64,000 bases of DNA from a bacterium (GCA_023269085.1 JAHFML010000002.1:1266-65265); one strand, 5' to 3'. Shown: positions 29,794 to 40,379, counted from the stretch's first letter. Notes: a model not told the origin generated them from the sequence alone. Made by a program: numbers and translations.

Positions 29794-32184
29794 ATGTCTA
29801 AAGTCGCTAAAGCCCCTGTTCGCGCGAAGAAGCCGGTTGTCGCGGCAACGCTCGTGAGCGAACCGGTGAAGCTCTCGAAGGAGACGCTCCGGTATCGCGA
29901 GCTTATCCCGCAGATAGAGAAGCGCGATGGGCGGCTTGTCCCTTTCGACTTTGACAAAATAGTGCACGCTATCGAGAAGGCGATGTCGGTGGCTGAAGAA
30001 GGCGATCATGAGGACGCGATACTGGTCGCGCATCAGGTGGTGGGTGAGCTCGCGCGCTTCGCGAAGAAGTACAAGACCTTCTTGCCGAATGTGGAGGCGA
30101 TGCAGGACTCGGTCGAGAAGTATCTCATCTTGAACGACTATGTGAAGGCCGCGAAGTCCTACATCCTCTATCGCGACAAGCGCGCTCAGCTCCGCTCGGT
30201 CCGCATCGAGATCCCCGAGCATGTGCGGAAGCTCACCGAAGAGAGCCGTAAATATTTTGAAGGCAACACCCTCGGCGAGTTCGTCTATCTGCGCACCTAT
30301 GCGAAGTGGATCCCCGAAGAGAATCGTCGCGAGACGTGGATCGAGACGGTCGATCGCTATGTCAATTTCATGCGCGAGAACTTGGGCGACAAGCTTACCG
30401 AGAAGGAGTACGCCGAAGTGCGCACGGGCATCTTGAAGCAGGAGGTGATGCCGAGCATGCGGCTTATGCAATTTGCCGGAGAGCCGGCGCGCCGCTGTAA
30501 TACCTGCGCCTACAACTGCACCTTCACCGCACCGACTAAACTCGCCGACTTCGCCGAGATCATGTACCTCTCGATGCAAGGTTGCGGCGTCGGCTTCGCG
30601 GTCGAGAGCCAGAACATCGAGCAACTACCGCAGATCATGAAGCAATCGGGGAAGAAGTCGCCAACGCATGTCGTCGCCGACTCGAAGGAAGGTTGGTGCG
30701 ACGCGCTCACGCTCGGGCTCACCACGTGGTATAGCGGGAATGATATTACTTTCGACTTCTCGCAGATCCGGCCTGCCGGTGCACGCTTGAAGACGATGGG
30801 CGGCAAGGCCTCGGGCCCCGAGCCGCTCCGCTCGCTCCTCGCCTTCGCCCGCGAACGGGTCTTCGCGCGGCAGGGCCGGCGCCTGCGCTCGATCGACGCG
30901 CACGATGTCATCTGCAAGATCGGCGAATGCGTGGTCGCGGGCGGCGTGCGTCGTACGGCGATGATCTCGCTCTCTGATCTCGACGATGTCGAGATGCGCG
31001 ATGCGAAGAAAGGCGCGTTCTATATGACCGATCCGCATCGCTCGGTCGCGAATAACTCAGCGGTTTATGAGGTCCAGCCGAGCAACACCGAGCTCATGGA
31101 CGAGTGGGTCGCGCTCATGAAGAGCGGGAGCGGTGAGCGCGGCATCTTCAATCGCGGTGCGCTCGCGGAGACCTTGCCGAAGCGCCGCGTCGATTACTTC
31201 AAGTCGGTCGGCTTCTTGGGCGAAGATGGCGTGGTGCGCGGCCCGATCGGCACGAACCCGTGCGCCGAGATCATCCTGCAGTCGAAGCAGTTCTGCAATC
31301 TCTCTGAGGTGATCGCGCGCGCTCACGACACCGAGGCCTCGCTCCTGCGCAAGGCGCGTCTCGCCGCTATCATCGGCACCTATCAGTCGACGCTGACTAA
31401 GTTTGACTATATCTCGCAGGATTGGACCGATCATAATGCCGCAGAGCGCCTGCTCGGCGTCTCGATAACGGGGCAGTGGGACAGTCCGGCAGTGCGGCAG
31501 CCAGAAGTGATGCGGAAGGTGCGCGATATGGCGGTCAAGACCAATGTCGCCTATGCCAAGCGCTTCGGCGTCGAGCGCTCGATGGCGGTCACGGCGGTGA
31601 AGCCCTCGGGCACCGTCTCGCAGACCTTCGACTGCGCCTCGGGCATCCATCCGCGCCACGCGCCCTACTATATCCGCCGCGTGCGCATCAGCGCGACCGA
31701 CTCGCTCTTCAAGCTCATGCGCGATCAGGGCGTGCCGTACTACCCCGAGGTAGGGCAGTCGATGGAGAGCGCGAACACCTATGTGCTCGAGTTCCCGGTC
31801 GTGGCGCCCGACCACTCTAAGGAGGCGCGCTTCAAGGACGATCTCACTGCGCTCGACCAGCTCGAATATTGGAAGATGGTGAAGCTGAACTATACCGAGC
31901 ACAACCCTTCGGCGACTATCTCGGTGAGCGAGAATGAATGGATCGGCGTCGTCGACTGGGTGCAGAAGAATTGGAGCATCATCGGCGGACTCTCCTTCCT
32001 CCCGCGTAGCAACCACGTCTATCGCCTCGCGCCGTATGAGACGATTACCAAGGCAGAATACGACGAGCGCATGGCGCGCTTCCCGCATATCGACTACAGC
32101 AAGCTCATGGCCTATGAGATCCACGACGAGACCGAGATGAAGAAGGAGCTCGCCTGCGCCGGCGGCACGTGTGAGATTATGTAG
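29794..32184 (+). CDS. nrdJ: class II (B12-dependent) ribonucleotide reductase with ATP cone
   Basis: KRDG...FD ATP cone, RTY, YNC, TNPCAEI, KPSGT, C-terminal CAGGTCE. Confidence 0.88.
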   Translation: MSKVAKAPVRAKKPVVAATLVSEPVKLSKETLRYRELIPQIEKRDGRLVPFDFDKIVHAIEKAMSVAEEGDHEDAILVAHQVVGELARFAKKYKTFLPNVEAMQDSVEKYLILNDYVKAAKSYILYRDKRAQLRSVRIEIPEHVRKLTEESRKYFEGNTLGEFVYLRTYAKWIPEENRRETWIETVDRYVNFMRENLGDKLTEKEYAEVRTGILKQEVMPSMRLMQFAGEPARRCNTCAYNCTFTAPTKLADFAEIMYLSMQGCGVGFAVESQNIEQLPQIMKQSGKKSPTHVVADSKEGWCDALTLGLTTWYSGNDITFDFSQIRPAGARLKTMGGKASGPEPLRSLLAFARERVFARQGRRLRSIDAHDVICKIGECVVAGGVRRTAMISLSDLDDVEMRDAKKGAFYMTDPHRSVANNSAVYEVQPSNTELMDEWVALMKSGSGERGIFNRGALAETLPKRRVDYFKSVGFLGEDGVVRGPIGTNPCAEIILQSKQFCNLSEVIARAHDTEASLLRKARLAAIIGTYQSTLTKFDYISQDWTDHNAAERLLGVSITGQWDSPAVRQPEVMRKVRDMAVKTNVAYAKRFGVERSMAVTAVKPSGTVSQTFDCASGIHPRHAPYYIRRVRISATDSLFKLMRDQGVPYYPEVGQSMESANTYVLEFPVVAPDHSKEARFKDDLTALDQLEYWKMVKLNYTEHNPSATISVSENEWIGVVDWVQKNWSIIGGLSFLPRSNHVYRLAPYETITKAEYDERMARFPHIDYSKLMAYEIHDETEMKKELACAGGTCEIM

Positions 32185-32275
32185 CTTATACACACCCCGC
32201 CCCTTTACCTCCCCCTCGGGGGGGGGGGTACGCTAGAGGAGTATCTCTTACTTCACTTCTAGCCACATTCTCGCT

Positions 32276-33115
32276 ATGCGCACGCTCCTCACCTCAACCC
32301 TCAAGATGTTCGTCGCCTCTTCTCTCACCCTCCTCGCCTTCTACGCGATCAACGCTTCTGCACAATCAGCCTGGACTCCAGCTCCAGCTAACGCTCCCTC
32401 AGGCAACGTGGCAGGCCCCCTCACCACGGGTGACGTGTATCAGATTCGCTCTGGTAATCTCGGTATGCAAGGAGCTTTGTTGATGGGAAATCAAACGGAT
32501 CAAGCACCGGGCGTATATTTTGCCCCCAATGGATATCCGTATTCATATATAGACAACAGCAAGGGAGATACTCGAATTGTGACACAGGATGCCAACGCCA
32601 ATGGGTATGGGAGTCTAAAATTTATAGTTAAGAATGGTGGCAATGTGGGGATTGGGACAGACAGTCCAAATAGTTCAAAAGGAACCAATGGTTATCTTGA
32701 CGCCAAAGACGTCTATCTCCGTGACGCCGGGAAGTGGGCGAGTGAGGTTGGTGGGAGTGGTTCGGGGGGACATTGGGCACCAGTTAATGGGAGAGAGATA
32801 TCTTGCACGATGAACGCTTTTAATTTGTGCAGACAAATGATAAATTCAATAACTTTCTTTGCGAAAGTCGAAAACAATAAACCGTACACAAGAATTGTTT
32901 CATCAAGTTCTTATGGAAGGAGCTATGCGCGTGATACAGGGTGGATTATTGGTACGACACAATCGTATAGCCCTGGAACGTGTGGATTTATAGGCTCGAA
33001 TCCTAGCATACTCATTTCGATGGGTTTGGATACGTATCCAAACCTTAGGGGTTCTTTTTCTGATGCAGGAGATGGTAGTGTTGAAACTCCCTGCTCCTCA
33101 AACTTCCCTTGGTAG
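32276..33115 (+). CDS. secreted fibre/adhesin-like protein
   Basis: Signal peptide, WT.AP..AP.GNV..PL, GNVGIGT, Cys-containing low-GC C-domain. Confidence 0.6.
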   Translation: MRTLLTSTLKMFVASSLTLLAFYAINASAQSAWTPAPANAPSGNVAGPLTTGDVYQIRSGNLGMQGALLMGNQTDQAPGVYFAPNGYPYSYIDNSKGDTRIVTQDANANGYGSLKFIVKNGGNVGIGTDSPNSSKGTNGYLDAKDVYLRDAGKWASEVGGSGSGGHWAPVNGREISCTMNAFNLCRQMINSITFFAKVENNKPYTRIVSSSSYGRSYARDTGWIIGTTQSYSPGTCGFIGSNPSILISMGLDTYPNLRGSFSDAGDGSVETPCSSNFPW

Positions 33116-33155
33116 ACTTGAGCTCTGTTCAGTTTGCACATACCTGGTGTGCACA

Positions 33156-33191
33156 ATGAGAAATCCCGCGCAGGAGCGCGGGATTTCTCAT
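33156..33191. terminator. hairpin downstream of rnpB
   Basis: ATGAGAAATCCCGCGC...GCGCGGGATTTCTCAT. Confidence 0.7.
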
Positions 33192-33194
33192 GAT

Positions 33195-33495
33195 GGTCGA
33201 GGTCGATAAGCCGAATTCTGTCTGACCCTTGCGGGCGAGGCGATCATTTATCTGGGTCCCTCGTTGCCTCGGGACTCGAGCGGCACCCCGCCGGCGCAGA
33301 GCGCCGGCGATACGGCCTTGCATGCGGGTAAGGATTTTGCCGTTTCAGCCGGACTAAACCGGGTCGTTTCTGTTCGCACCTCGGCTCTCACGAGCGACGG
33401 GCGTTACCCGCTACCTTTCTGCCGATTATAACATCGGCGCATGTTCGGACTTTCCTCCCGACGATTGCTCGCCGAGCGATCGCCTAACCTTGACC
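33195..33495 (-). ncRNA. rnpB: RNase P RNA (~300 nt)
   Basis: GAGGAAAGTCC and ACAGAATTCGGCTTA conserved regions; P1 ends pair. Confidence 0.92.
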
Positions 33496-33601
33496 TCTGC
33501 TACCATACCACATTTTCAACCTGTGGACTATATTCTCGACAAATGCCCGAGCGCGGTATACTAGGAGCACTTATCCATATAGATTAAAGAACATACGCAT
33601 C

Positions 33602-35977
33602 ATGTCTTCGCCACAACAGCCGGGTTCGTCTCGTCGCTCGCTCGATTCAGCCAGTGTTCTGGTTTTCATAGGGACGCTTATTGCAACTCTGTTTATTATC
33701 GTGCCGTCGTCATCGTTCTCGCTCATCGCGACAAAATCATTTTTGCTCGCCGCGGGCACGCTCATAACGCTCGCGGTTTATGTTCTCGCGCGGCTTACTC
33801 GTGGCAATATCGTTCTCCCCTCATCGGTACTCGTTGGTGCGCTCTGGTTACCGGCGCTCGCCTATGCGCTCTCGGCGGCATTTTCTGGAGCGCATTTCAC
33901 GCAGGCTCTTTGGGGAACAGCACTCGAGGTCGACACCTTCGGCTTCATGCTCGTCGCGGCGTGTCTCGGCACGCTTGCTATGCTTGTTTTGCGCAGGTCT
34001 GAAAATTATCAGACATTCTATCGCGCGCTCGCGTACGCATTCGGTGTCCTCTCGGTGGTGAGCGTGATTGCCGTATTCATCGGACGATTCGCTCCGAGTG
34101 TCGTCGCACCGACGTTCTCATTCCTCGGCTCCTTCACCGACTTAGCGACCGTGCTCGGGCTCGGTATGGTGCTCACACTCTTGGCGCTCCGTTTCGTTGA
34201 CCTCTCGGTGATGGCACGACGCGGACTTGTCGTGAGCGGGCTATTCGCGCTCTTCATGCTCGCTCTCGCGAATGTCGCACTCATCTGGGAGCTCCTCATC
34301 CTCGTCTCGCTCGGGCTCTTCGTCGAGTCGATCTTGCGCCGCACGCCGAATGCCGGCGATGCCGATCTCGATGAAGTCGTTCTTATTGACGACGAAGGTT
34401 CAGCCGGCTCTGATGAAGGGAATCACTCGCTCGTCATACCGCTCGTCGTTCTCGCGATCTCACTCTTCTTCCTTATCGGCGGCGGTCTTGGGACGGCGCT
34501 CGCGAACGCGCTCCATGTGAGCACGCTCGACGTCCGTCCGTCTTGGCAGTCGACGCTCTCGGTCGCTGAGCACACCTATGCTAGCTCGCCGTTCTTCGGG
34601 AGCGGCCCGAACACCTTTGGCGTCGAATGGCTCAAGTATCGCGACGCATCATTGAATTCGACTATCTTCTGGAGCACCGACTTCACTTCTGGCGTTGGCT
34701 TCATCCCGACCTCATTCGCAACGACCGGAGGAGTCGGCGCGCTCGCGTGGCTCGCCTTCTTCGCGCTCTTCATCGTGCTTGGTCTCCGTATGCTCATCTT
34801 GCGCGCGCCACAGGACGCAAGCGTTCGCGCGGTTGCCGTCATGTCCTTCGTCGCGACCTTGTATCTCTTCACGATAGCGACGCTCGATGTGCCGGGGTCG
34901 CTCGTTTTGGTTCTTGCGTTCGTCTTCGCGGGCATCTTCATTTCGTCGATGCGGTATGCGGCGCAAGGTCGGCAGTGGGGCGTCCTCTTCTCGCGGTCTC
35001 CGCGCCTTGGCTTCGTCATCGTCTTCGGTCTCACGATTCTTCTCCTCTCATCGGTGGTCGCGTCCTATTCGCTCGTCGAGCGTTATGTGGTGACGGCCGA
35101 GATCACGAGCGCGATGACCGCTCTTGGCGCCGGCAATCTCAACAGTGCCGATCGATCAGCGCGAGCCGCGCTCTCGTTCGCACCGTCAACCTCGGCATAC
35201 CAGATCGAGGCTGGCATCGCGAATGCGCAGATAAACCTGATTGCCTCGTCGTCGACCATGCCGAAGGCGGCCGCACAACAGGCTTACCAGGCGGCGCTCT
35301 CGGCGGGTATCAATGCCGCGCTCACCGCGACGAACATCAGCCCATCTGATTATCAGAGCTGGCTCATGCTCGGGAATCTCTATGCCCAGGCGGTGCCGCT
35401 CGGCGTTTCTGGCTCCTATGACAGCGCGAAGTCTGCTTATGATAAGGCGCAGGCGTTGAACCCGACTAACCCACAGATCAAGTACATCATCGCCAATCTC
35501 GAAATTGCGAACAAGAATCTGAAAGCGGCCAAGGATGCGCTGAAGGCGGCGATAGCACTCAAACAGGACTACACCGACGCGATTTTCCTCCTCTCCCAGC
35601 TTGAGGTGCAGGAGGGTAATGTGAAGGATGCGCTCGCCTCGGCGCTCGCAGCGGCCTACTTCACGCCGAACAATCCGAACATCCTCTTCCAAGTCGGCGT
35701 GCTCTATGCGGCACAGAATGATCTTACGAATGCCGCGCTCGCGCTCGCGGCCGCCGTTGCGGCAAATCCGCAATTCGCGAATGCGCGTTACTTCCTCGCG
35801 GCAGTAGAGGCGAAGCAGGGTAATACGACCGACGCGCTCGCGGAGATACAGGCTATCGGAGCCATGTCGAGCGCGAACGCGACTGCAATCGCTCCTCTTG
35901 TCACCGCGCTCCAAGCAGGAAAGAATCCGTTCCCGGCGAATCTACTTTCCGCATCTTCGACGCCTCTCAAACAATAA
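33602..35977 (+). CDS. O-antigen-ligase-like polytopic membrane protein with C-terminal TPRs
   Basis: ~12 TM helices, GSGPNTF, TPR-like ALNP.NP repeats. Confidence 0.7.
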   Translation: MSSPQQPGSSRRSLDSASVLVFIGTLIATLFIIVPSSSFSLIATKSFLLAAGTLITLAVYVLARLTRGNIVLPSSVLVGALWLPALAYALSAAFSGAHFTQALWGTALEVDTFGFMLVAACLGTLAMLVLRRSENYQTFYRALAYAFGVLSVVSVIAVFIGRFAPSVVAPTFSFLGSFTDLATVLGLGMVLTLLALRFVDLSVMARRGLVVSGLFALFMLALANVALIWELLILVSLGLFVESILRRTPNAGDADLDEVVLIDDEGSAGSDEGNHSLVIPLVVLAISLFFLIGGGLGTALANALHVSTLDVRPSWQSTLSVAEHTYASSPFFGSGPNTFGVEWLKYRDASLNSTIFWSTDFTSGVGFIPTSFATTGGVGALAWLAFFALFIVLGLRMLILRAPQDASVRAVAVMSFVATLYLFTIATLDVPGSLVLVLAFVFAGIFISSMRYAAQGRQWGVLFSRSPRLGFVIVFGLTILLLSSVVASYSLVERYVVTAEITSAMTALGAGNLNSADRSARAALSFAPSTSAYQIEAGIANAQINLIASSSTMPKAAAQQAYQAALSAGINAALTATNISPSDYQSWLMLGNLYAQAVPLGVSGSYDSAKSAYDKAQALNPTNPQIKYIIANLEIANKNLKAAKDALKAAIALKQDYTDAIFLLSQLEVQEGNVKDALASALAAAYFTPNNPNILFQVGVLYAAQNDLTNAALALAAAVAANPQFANARYFLAAVEAKQGNTTDALAEIQAIGAMSSANATAIAPLVTALQAGKNPFPANLLSASSTPLKQ

Positions 35978-35991
35978 GGTAGTATTGCGTC

Positions 35992-37668
35992 ATGGTTCGA
36001 CGCCTTATCGAACGCCTGACGGCACCGGTACGCGGCCTGCATCAGGCCGCGTACTTGCTTGCCGCTCTCACGCTCGCCTCGCAAGCGCTTGCGCTCTTGC
36101 GCGACCGCACCTTCGCGCACGTCTTCGGGGCCGGGCAGACGCTCGATCTCTACTATGCCGCGTTTCGCGTGCCCGACCTCGTCTTCGCGCTCGTCTCCTC
36201 GCTCGTCTCCGCCTATGTGCTCATTCCGCGGCTCACGGGGCTCGATAGGGAAGGCACGCGGCGGCTGCTCTCCGAGTCGGCGTCATTCTTGCTCATCGCC
36301 GGCGGGCTTCTCTGTGCTCTGCTTGCGGTATTTATGCCGCAGGCTCTCCGGCTCCTGTATCCCGACCTTATTGCGTCGCCGGCACAAACGGAGTTCGTCG
36401 CTCTCTCTCGCCTCCTGCTCATACAACCGATCCTGCTCGGCCTCTCGGGCGTGTTCGGGAGCGTAACGCAGGTGCATCGTCGCTTCGTCCTCTTCGCACT
36501 CTCTCCGGTGCTCTATAATCTCGGCATCATCGTTGGCGCGGTCGCGCTCTATCCGCGCTTCGGGCTCATGGGCATCGGATGGGGCGTCGTTATCGGCGCA
36601 GTCGCATATCTGCTCGTGAATGTGCCAGTCATTATTTCCGCAGGAGTACTGCCGCGATTCGTCCTGCCAGAGTGGTCGCGCTTAGCGAGCATCGTACGCG
36701 ATTCGGTCCCGCGTTCGCTCGCGCTCGGCATGGGTTCGATAACGGCGCTCGCGCTCACCGCGCTCGCGTCCCGAGTCGGGACGGGCGCCGTCTCCGTCTT
36801 CACCCTCGCGGGTAATCTCGAGGCGGTGCCGCTCGCGCTCATCGGCTCCTCGTATGCGGTTGCGGCGTTTCCGGCACTCTCCGAAGCGTCGGAGAAAAAT
36901 GATAATGGCGAATTCTCGCGGGTGCTGTCGACCTCGGCACGGCACATCATCCTATGGTCGATGGTATCTCTCGGCCTCATTGCGGTCTTGCGCGCCCACC
37001 TTGTGCGCGTCATTCTCGGGACTGGCGCCTTCGATTGGGACGCAACGCGTCTCACCGCCGCGCTCCTGGTCGTCCTCGCGGTCGGTCTTGTCGCGCAGGG
37101 GCTGGTGCTCCTCTTCTCGCGCGCGCTGTATGCCGCGCGGCAATCCTGGCGGCCGCTCATGTATCAGATCGCAGGGGGATTGCTCACGGTCTTGCTCGCC
37201 GTAATATTTCTGCGGGCACCACAAAACGGATTTTTATCGACGCTCAACGCCTTCTTGAAGGCGGGTGACACAGGGACGGGAGCTATTCTACTCCTCGCTC
37301 TCGCCGCGACCCTCGGCCAGATATTCTTGGCTCTCCTCTCGCTCGCCGCTCTCCGTAGCGTTACGCCCGGTCTCGCCCGGTCGCTCGTGCGCCCTACCAT
37401 CGACGGAATGATAGCGGCTGTCGTTGGCGGTGCGGCTGCGCATGCCTCTCTCGTCATCGCGGGAGGCATAGCACCGCTAACGACTCTGCTCGCGGTCTTC
37501 ACGCAAGGGTTCGTTGCGGGTATCGTCGGCCTAGTAGCGGCTGGTCTCGCGCTCTTCTTCGTCGAAAATGAAGAGTTCAGAAGTGTTATAACAGCACTCA
37601 AGCGTCTCGGGCGCGCTCGGGCCTCCGGCATTCTCGCGCCATCGGCCGAAGAGCCGATCAAATCATGA
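35992..37668 (+). CDS. murJ: lipid II flippase MurJ/MviN
   Basis: LRDR..AH.FGAG..LD.YYAAFRVPD, PVLYN and FP.LS motifs. Confidence 0.85.
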   Translation: MVRRLIERLTAPVRGLHQAAYLLAALTLASQALALLRDRTFAHVFGAGQTLDLYYAAFRVPDLVFALVSSLVSAYVLIPRLTGLDREGTRRLLSESASFLLIAGGLLCALLAVFMPQALRLLYPDLIASPAQTEFVALSRLLLIQPILLGLSGVFGSVTQVHRRFVLFALSPVLYNLGIIVGAVALYPRFGLMGIGWGVVIGAVAYLLVNVPVIISAGVLPRFVLPEWSRLASIVRDSVPRSLALGMGSITALALTALASRVGTGAVSVFTLAGNLEAVPLALIGSSYAVAAFPALSEASEKNDNGEFSRVLSTSARHIILWSMVSLGLIAVLRAHLVRVILGTGAFDWDATRLTAALLVVLAVGLVAQGLVLLFSRALYAARQSWRPLMYQIAGGLLTVLLAVIFLRAPQNGFLSTLNAFLKAGDTGTGAILLLALAATLGQIFLALLSLAALRSVTPGLARSLVRPTIDGMIAAVVGGAAAHASLVIAGGIAPLTTLLAVFTQGFVAGIVGLVAAGLALFFVENEEFRSVITALKRLGRARASGILAPSAEEPIKS

Positions 37669-39533
37669 ACCAAGATACTATCCGCAACTTTTCCATTATC
37701 GCGCACGTCGACCACGGCAAGTCGACGCTCGCTGACCGCATGCTCGAGCGCACGGGCGCCATCCCCGAGCGTCTGATGCGCGACCAGGTACTCGACCGCA
37801 TGGACCTTGAGCGCGAGCGCGGCATCACGATCAAGATGCAGCCCGTAAGAATGGTTTACCATTCTGGAGGTCCCGAGCGAAGCGAGGGACAAGAGCGGGA
37901 CTACATCCTCAATCTCATCGACACGCCCGGGCACATCGACTTCTCCTATGAAGTGTCGCGCGCATTGAATGCTGTCGAGGGAGTGCTCCTACTCGTCGAT
38001 TCGACGCAGGGCGTGCAGGCGCAGACACTGACGACGCTTGCGATGGCGCGCGCGCAGAGTTGCGTCATCATCCCCGTCATCTCAAAGATTGATGCACCCG
38101 CCGCGCGCGTCGAGGAAGTGTCGCAAGAGCTCGCCGACTTACTTGGTGTCGCGCGAAGTGAGGTGATCGCGGTATCGGGTAAGACCGGTGCGGGTGTCGA
38201 TGAGCTGCTTGAGGCGATCGTACAAAAAATCCCGCCGCCGCAATCTTCGTGGACATCGGATGTCCACAGCAACCGTGGACATCCGATGTCCACGAACGTG
38301 GGTGAGCCGCGCGGCCTCGTCTTCGACTTCTCGTATTCGAAGCATCGCGGCGTCGCGGTTTATCTGCGCGTCTTCGACGGCGTCTTCAAAAAGGGCCAGC
38401 CGCTCATCTTCAAGGCGGCAGGGAAGGAGTTCGTCGCGCTTGAGACCGGCATCTTCACGCCCGAAGAGACGCCCGCCACGGAGCTCGCGGCGGGCGAGAT
38501 CGGCTACATTGTCACGGGGATCAAAGAGGCCGGCGTCGTCGCGGTCGGCGACACGGTCGGTGTTGCGAAAGGTGCGCTCCCGGCCTTCCACGGCTTCGAG
38601 CGGCCGCGGCCGGTCGTGTGGGCGTCGGTGTATCCTGAGAGCCAAGACGATCTCCCGCTCCTGCGACAATCCCTCGAGCGCTTGCGGCTCTCGGACTCGT
38701 CACTCTCTTTTGAAGAGGAGTCATCCGGCGTGCTCGGTCGCGGCTTCCGGTGCGGCTTCCTCGGCCTCTTACATCTCGAGATAATCACCGAGCGCTTGCG
38801 GCGCGAGTTCGGTCTCGCGCTCATCGTCACGATCCCGACTATCTCGTATGTCGTTACAACGACGAAGGGCGCGCGGGAGGTCGTCTACACGCCGGCGAAG
38901 TTCCCCGAATACGGCGATATCGCGCTTATCGAAGAACCGTGGGCGAAGGTCGTCATCATCACGCCGCCGGACTCGCTCTCAGCGCTCATTCAGCTCCTCT
39001 ATGAGCACGAGGCGAACACGCTTGGCACCGAGACCTATCATGACGGGCGCGTCGAGATGACGGTCGAGATGCCGCTCCGCGAGCTCATGCGCGGATTCTT
39101 CGACACGCTCAAGAACATTTCATCGGGCTATGCGTCGCTCTCCTATGAGCTCCTCCCCGAGCGCCTGGCGGATGTCGTCCGGCTCGATGTCTTGGTCGCT
39201 GAAGAGGCCGTGCCCGCCTTCGCGCGCGTTATTGCGCGTCGCCGCGTGGTCGAAGAGGCAGAGAAGATGGTCGAGAAGCTGCACAGCGTCCTCCCGAAGC
39301 AGCTCTTCGTCACCAAGATCCAAGCGAAGGCGCTCGGGCGCGTCATCTCCTCGAAGACGCTCTCGGCAATGCGCAAGGATGTGACCGGCTATCTTTATGG
39401 TGGCGACGTCTCGCGCAAGAACAAGCTCCTCGACAAGCAGAAGCGCGGCAAGAAGAAGATGCTCGAGCGCGGAACGGGCAAAGTCAACATTCCCGAAGAA
39501 GTTTTCATGAAGATGGTGCGGGCTGATGCGTAG
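37665..39533 (+). CDS. lepA: elongation factor 4
   Basis: [35 protein letters not shown]...YGGD. Confidence 0.96.
   Translation: MNQDTIRNFSIIAHVDHGKSTLADRMLERTGAIPERLMRDQVLDRMDLERERGITIKMQPVRMVYHSGGPERSEGQERDYILNLIDTPGHIDFSYEVSRALNAVEGVLLLVDSTQGVQAQTLTTLAMARAQSCVIIPVISKIDAPAARVEEVSQELADLLGVARSEVIAVSGKTGAGVDELLEAIVQKIPPPQSSWTSDVHSNRGHPMSTNVGEPRGLVFDFSYSKHRGVAVYLRVFDGVFKKGQPLIFKAAGKEFVALETGIFTPEETPATELAAGEIGYIVTGIKEAGVVAVGDTVGVAKGALPAFHGFERPRPVVWASVYPESQDDLPLLRQSLERLRLSDSSLSFEEESSGVLGRGFRCGFLGLLHLEIITERLRREFGLALIVTIPTISYVVTTTKGAREVVYTPAKFPEYGDIALIEEPWAKVVIITPPDSLSALIQLLYEHEANTLGTETYHDGRVEMTVEMPLRELMRGFFDTLKNISSGYASLSYELLPERLADVVRLDVLVAEEAVPAFARVIARRRVVEEAEKMVEKLHSVLPKQLFVTKIQAKALGRVISSKTLSAMRKDVTGYLYGGDVSRKNKLLDKQKRGKKKMLERGTGKVNIPEEVFMKMVRADA
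37870..37890. repeat. in-frame mini-hairpin GTCCC-GAGCGAAGCGA-GGGAC in lepA
   Basis: Encodes GPERSEGQ just before YILNLIDTPGH. Confidence 0.55.
38246..38296. repeat. in-frame REP doublet (family A variant GTGGACAT-NNN-ATGTCCAC) in lepA
   Basis: 22-bp perfect arms, 7-nt spacer; encodes SWTSDVHSNRGHPMST. Confidence 0.88.
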
Positions 39534-39547
39534 TATATACTTGCAGT

Positions 39548-39886
39548 ATGCGCGGCAAGGAGTGGCAAAAGGGAATTCTCATCGGTCTTCTCCTTGTCGT
39601 GGCAGGGTGGCTCGGATCGCTCATCTGGGGGCTCGCTCTGAAGGCGCAGATAGCGATATCGCAGGCGAATAATGCGAAGCGGCAATATACCGAGCTTGAA
39701 GCGCGGAAGACGACTCTGGAGGCCAATCTCGCGGCGCTTGGCACTGAGCACGGCCGAGACGCCGCCATCCGCACGGCATTTGGGGTTGCGCGCCCGGGAG
39801 AAGAGGTTATCGTAGTGGTACCGTCCGCGAGCGAGATGCCGACCACGACGCCCTCGTGGTGGCAGAGGGTGCTGAGTTGGTTTTAG
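39548..39886 (+). CDS. septum formation initiator (FtsB/DivIC-like)
   Basis: TM helix, coiled coil, R..FG..RPGEEVI. Confidence 0.7.
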   Translation: MRGKEWQKGILIGLLLVVAGWLGSLIWGLALKAQIAISQANNAKRQYTELEARKTTLEANLAALGTEHGRDAAIRTAFGVARPGEEVIVVVPSASEMPTTTPSWWQRVLSWF

Positions 39887-39893
39887 AAATATC

Positions 39894-39964
39894 GCGAGAT
39901 TAGTTTAGTGGCAGAATGACTGCTTCCCAAGCAGTAGGCACGAGTTCGATTCTCGTATCTCGCA
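39894..39964 (+). tRNA. tRNA-Gly(CCC)
   Basis: actgc-ttCCCaa-gcagt anticodon arm; GCGAGAT/ATCTCGC acceptor. Confidence 0.92.
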
Positions 39965-40035
39965 CTATAGAGGCGCTCGAGTGGCTGAGGATAACTCAGA
40001 GTGGTATACTTCCATCATAACCCTGATAAAACAAT

Positions 40036-40278
40036 ATGGACAAAACCGTCACCATTTACAGCACGCCGACTTGCCACTTCTGCCACATGGCGAAGGAGTT
40101 CTTCACCGCGCACAATGTCGTCTTCACCGACTACGATGTCGCGAGTGATCTCGCGAAGCGCCAAGAGATGGTGCAGAAGTCGGGTCAGATGGGCGTGCCG
40201 GTCATCTTCGTCGGCGATGAGATGATCATCGGCTTCGACCAAGAGCGCATCGCCTCGACGCTCGGCATCGCGGCATAA
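40036..40278 (+). CDS. glutaredoxin/NrdH-like redoxin
   Basis: YSTPTCHFC, SGQMGVPV and GFD motifs. Confidence 0.88.
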   Translation: MDKTVTIYSTPTCHFCHMAKEFFTAHNVVFTDYDVASDLAKRQEMVQKSGQMGVPVIFVGDEMIIGFDQERIASTLGIAA

Positions 40279-40284
40279 TTGCCG

Positions 40285-40359
40285 GCCCCTTTAGTTCAAT
40301 GGATAGAACGGCTCACTCCTAACGAGCTGATTCAGGTTCGACTCCTGGAGGGGGCACCA
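40285..40359 (+). tRNA. tRNA-Arg(CCT)
   Basis: ctCCTaa loop, GGTTCGACTCC, encoded CCA. Confidence 0.9.
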
Positions 40360-40379
40360 ATATGCGGTATACTACGAAC

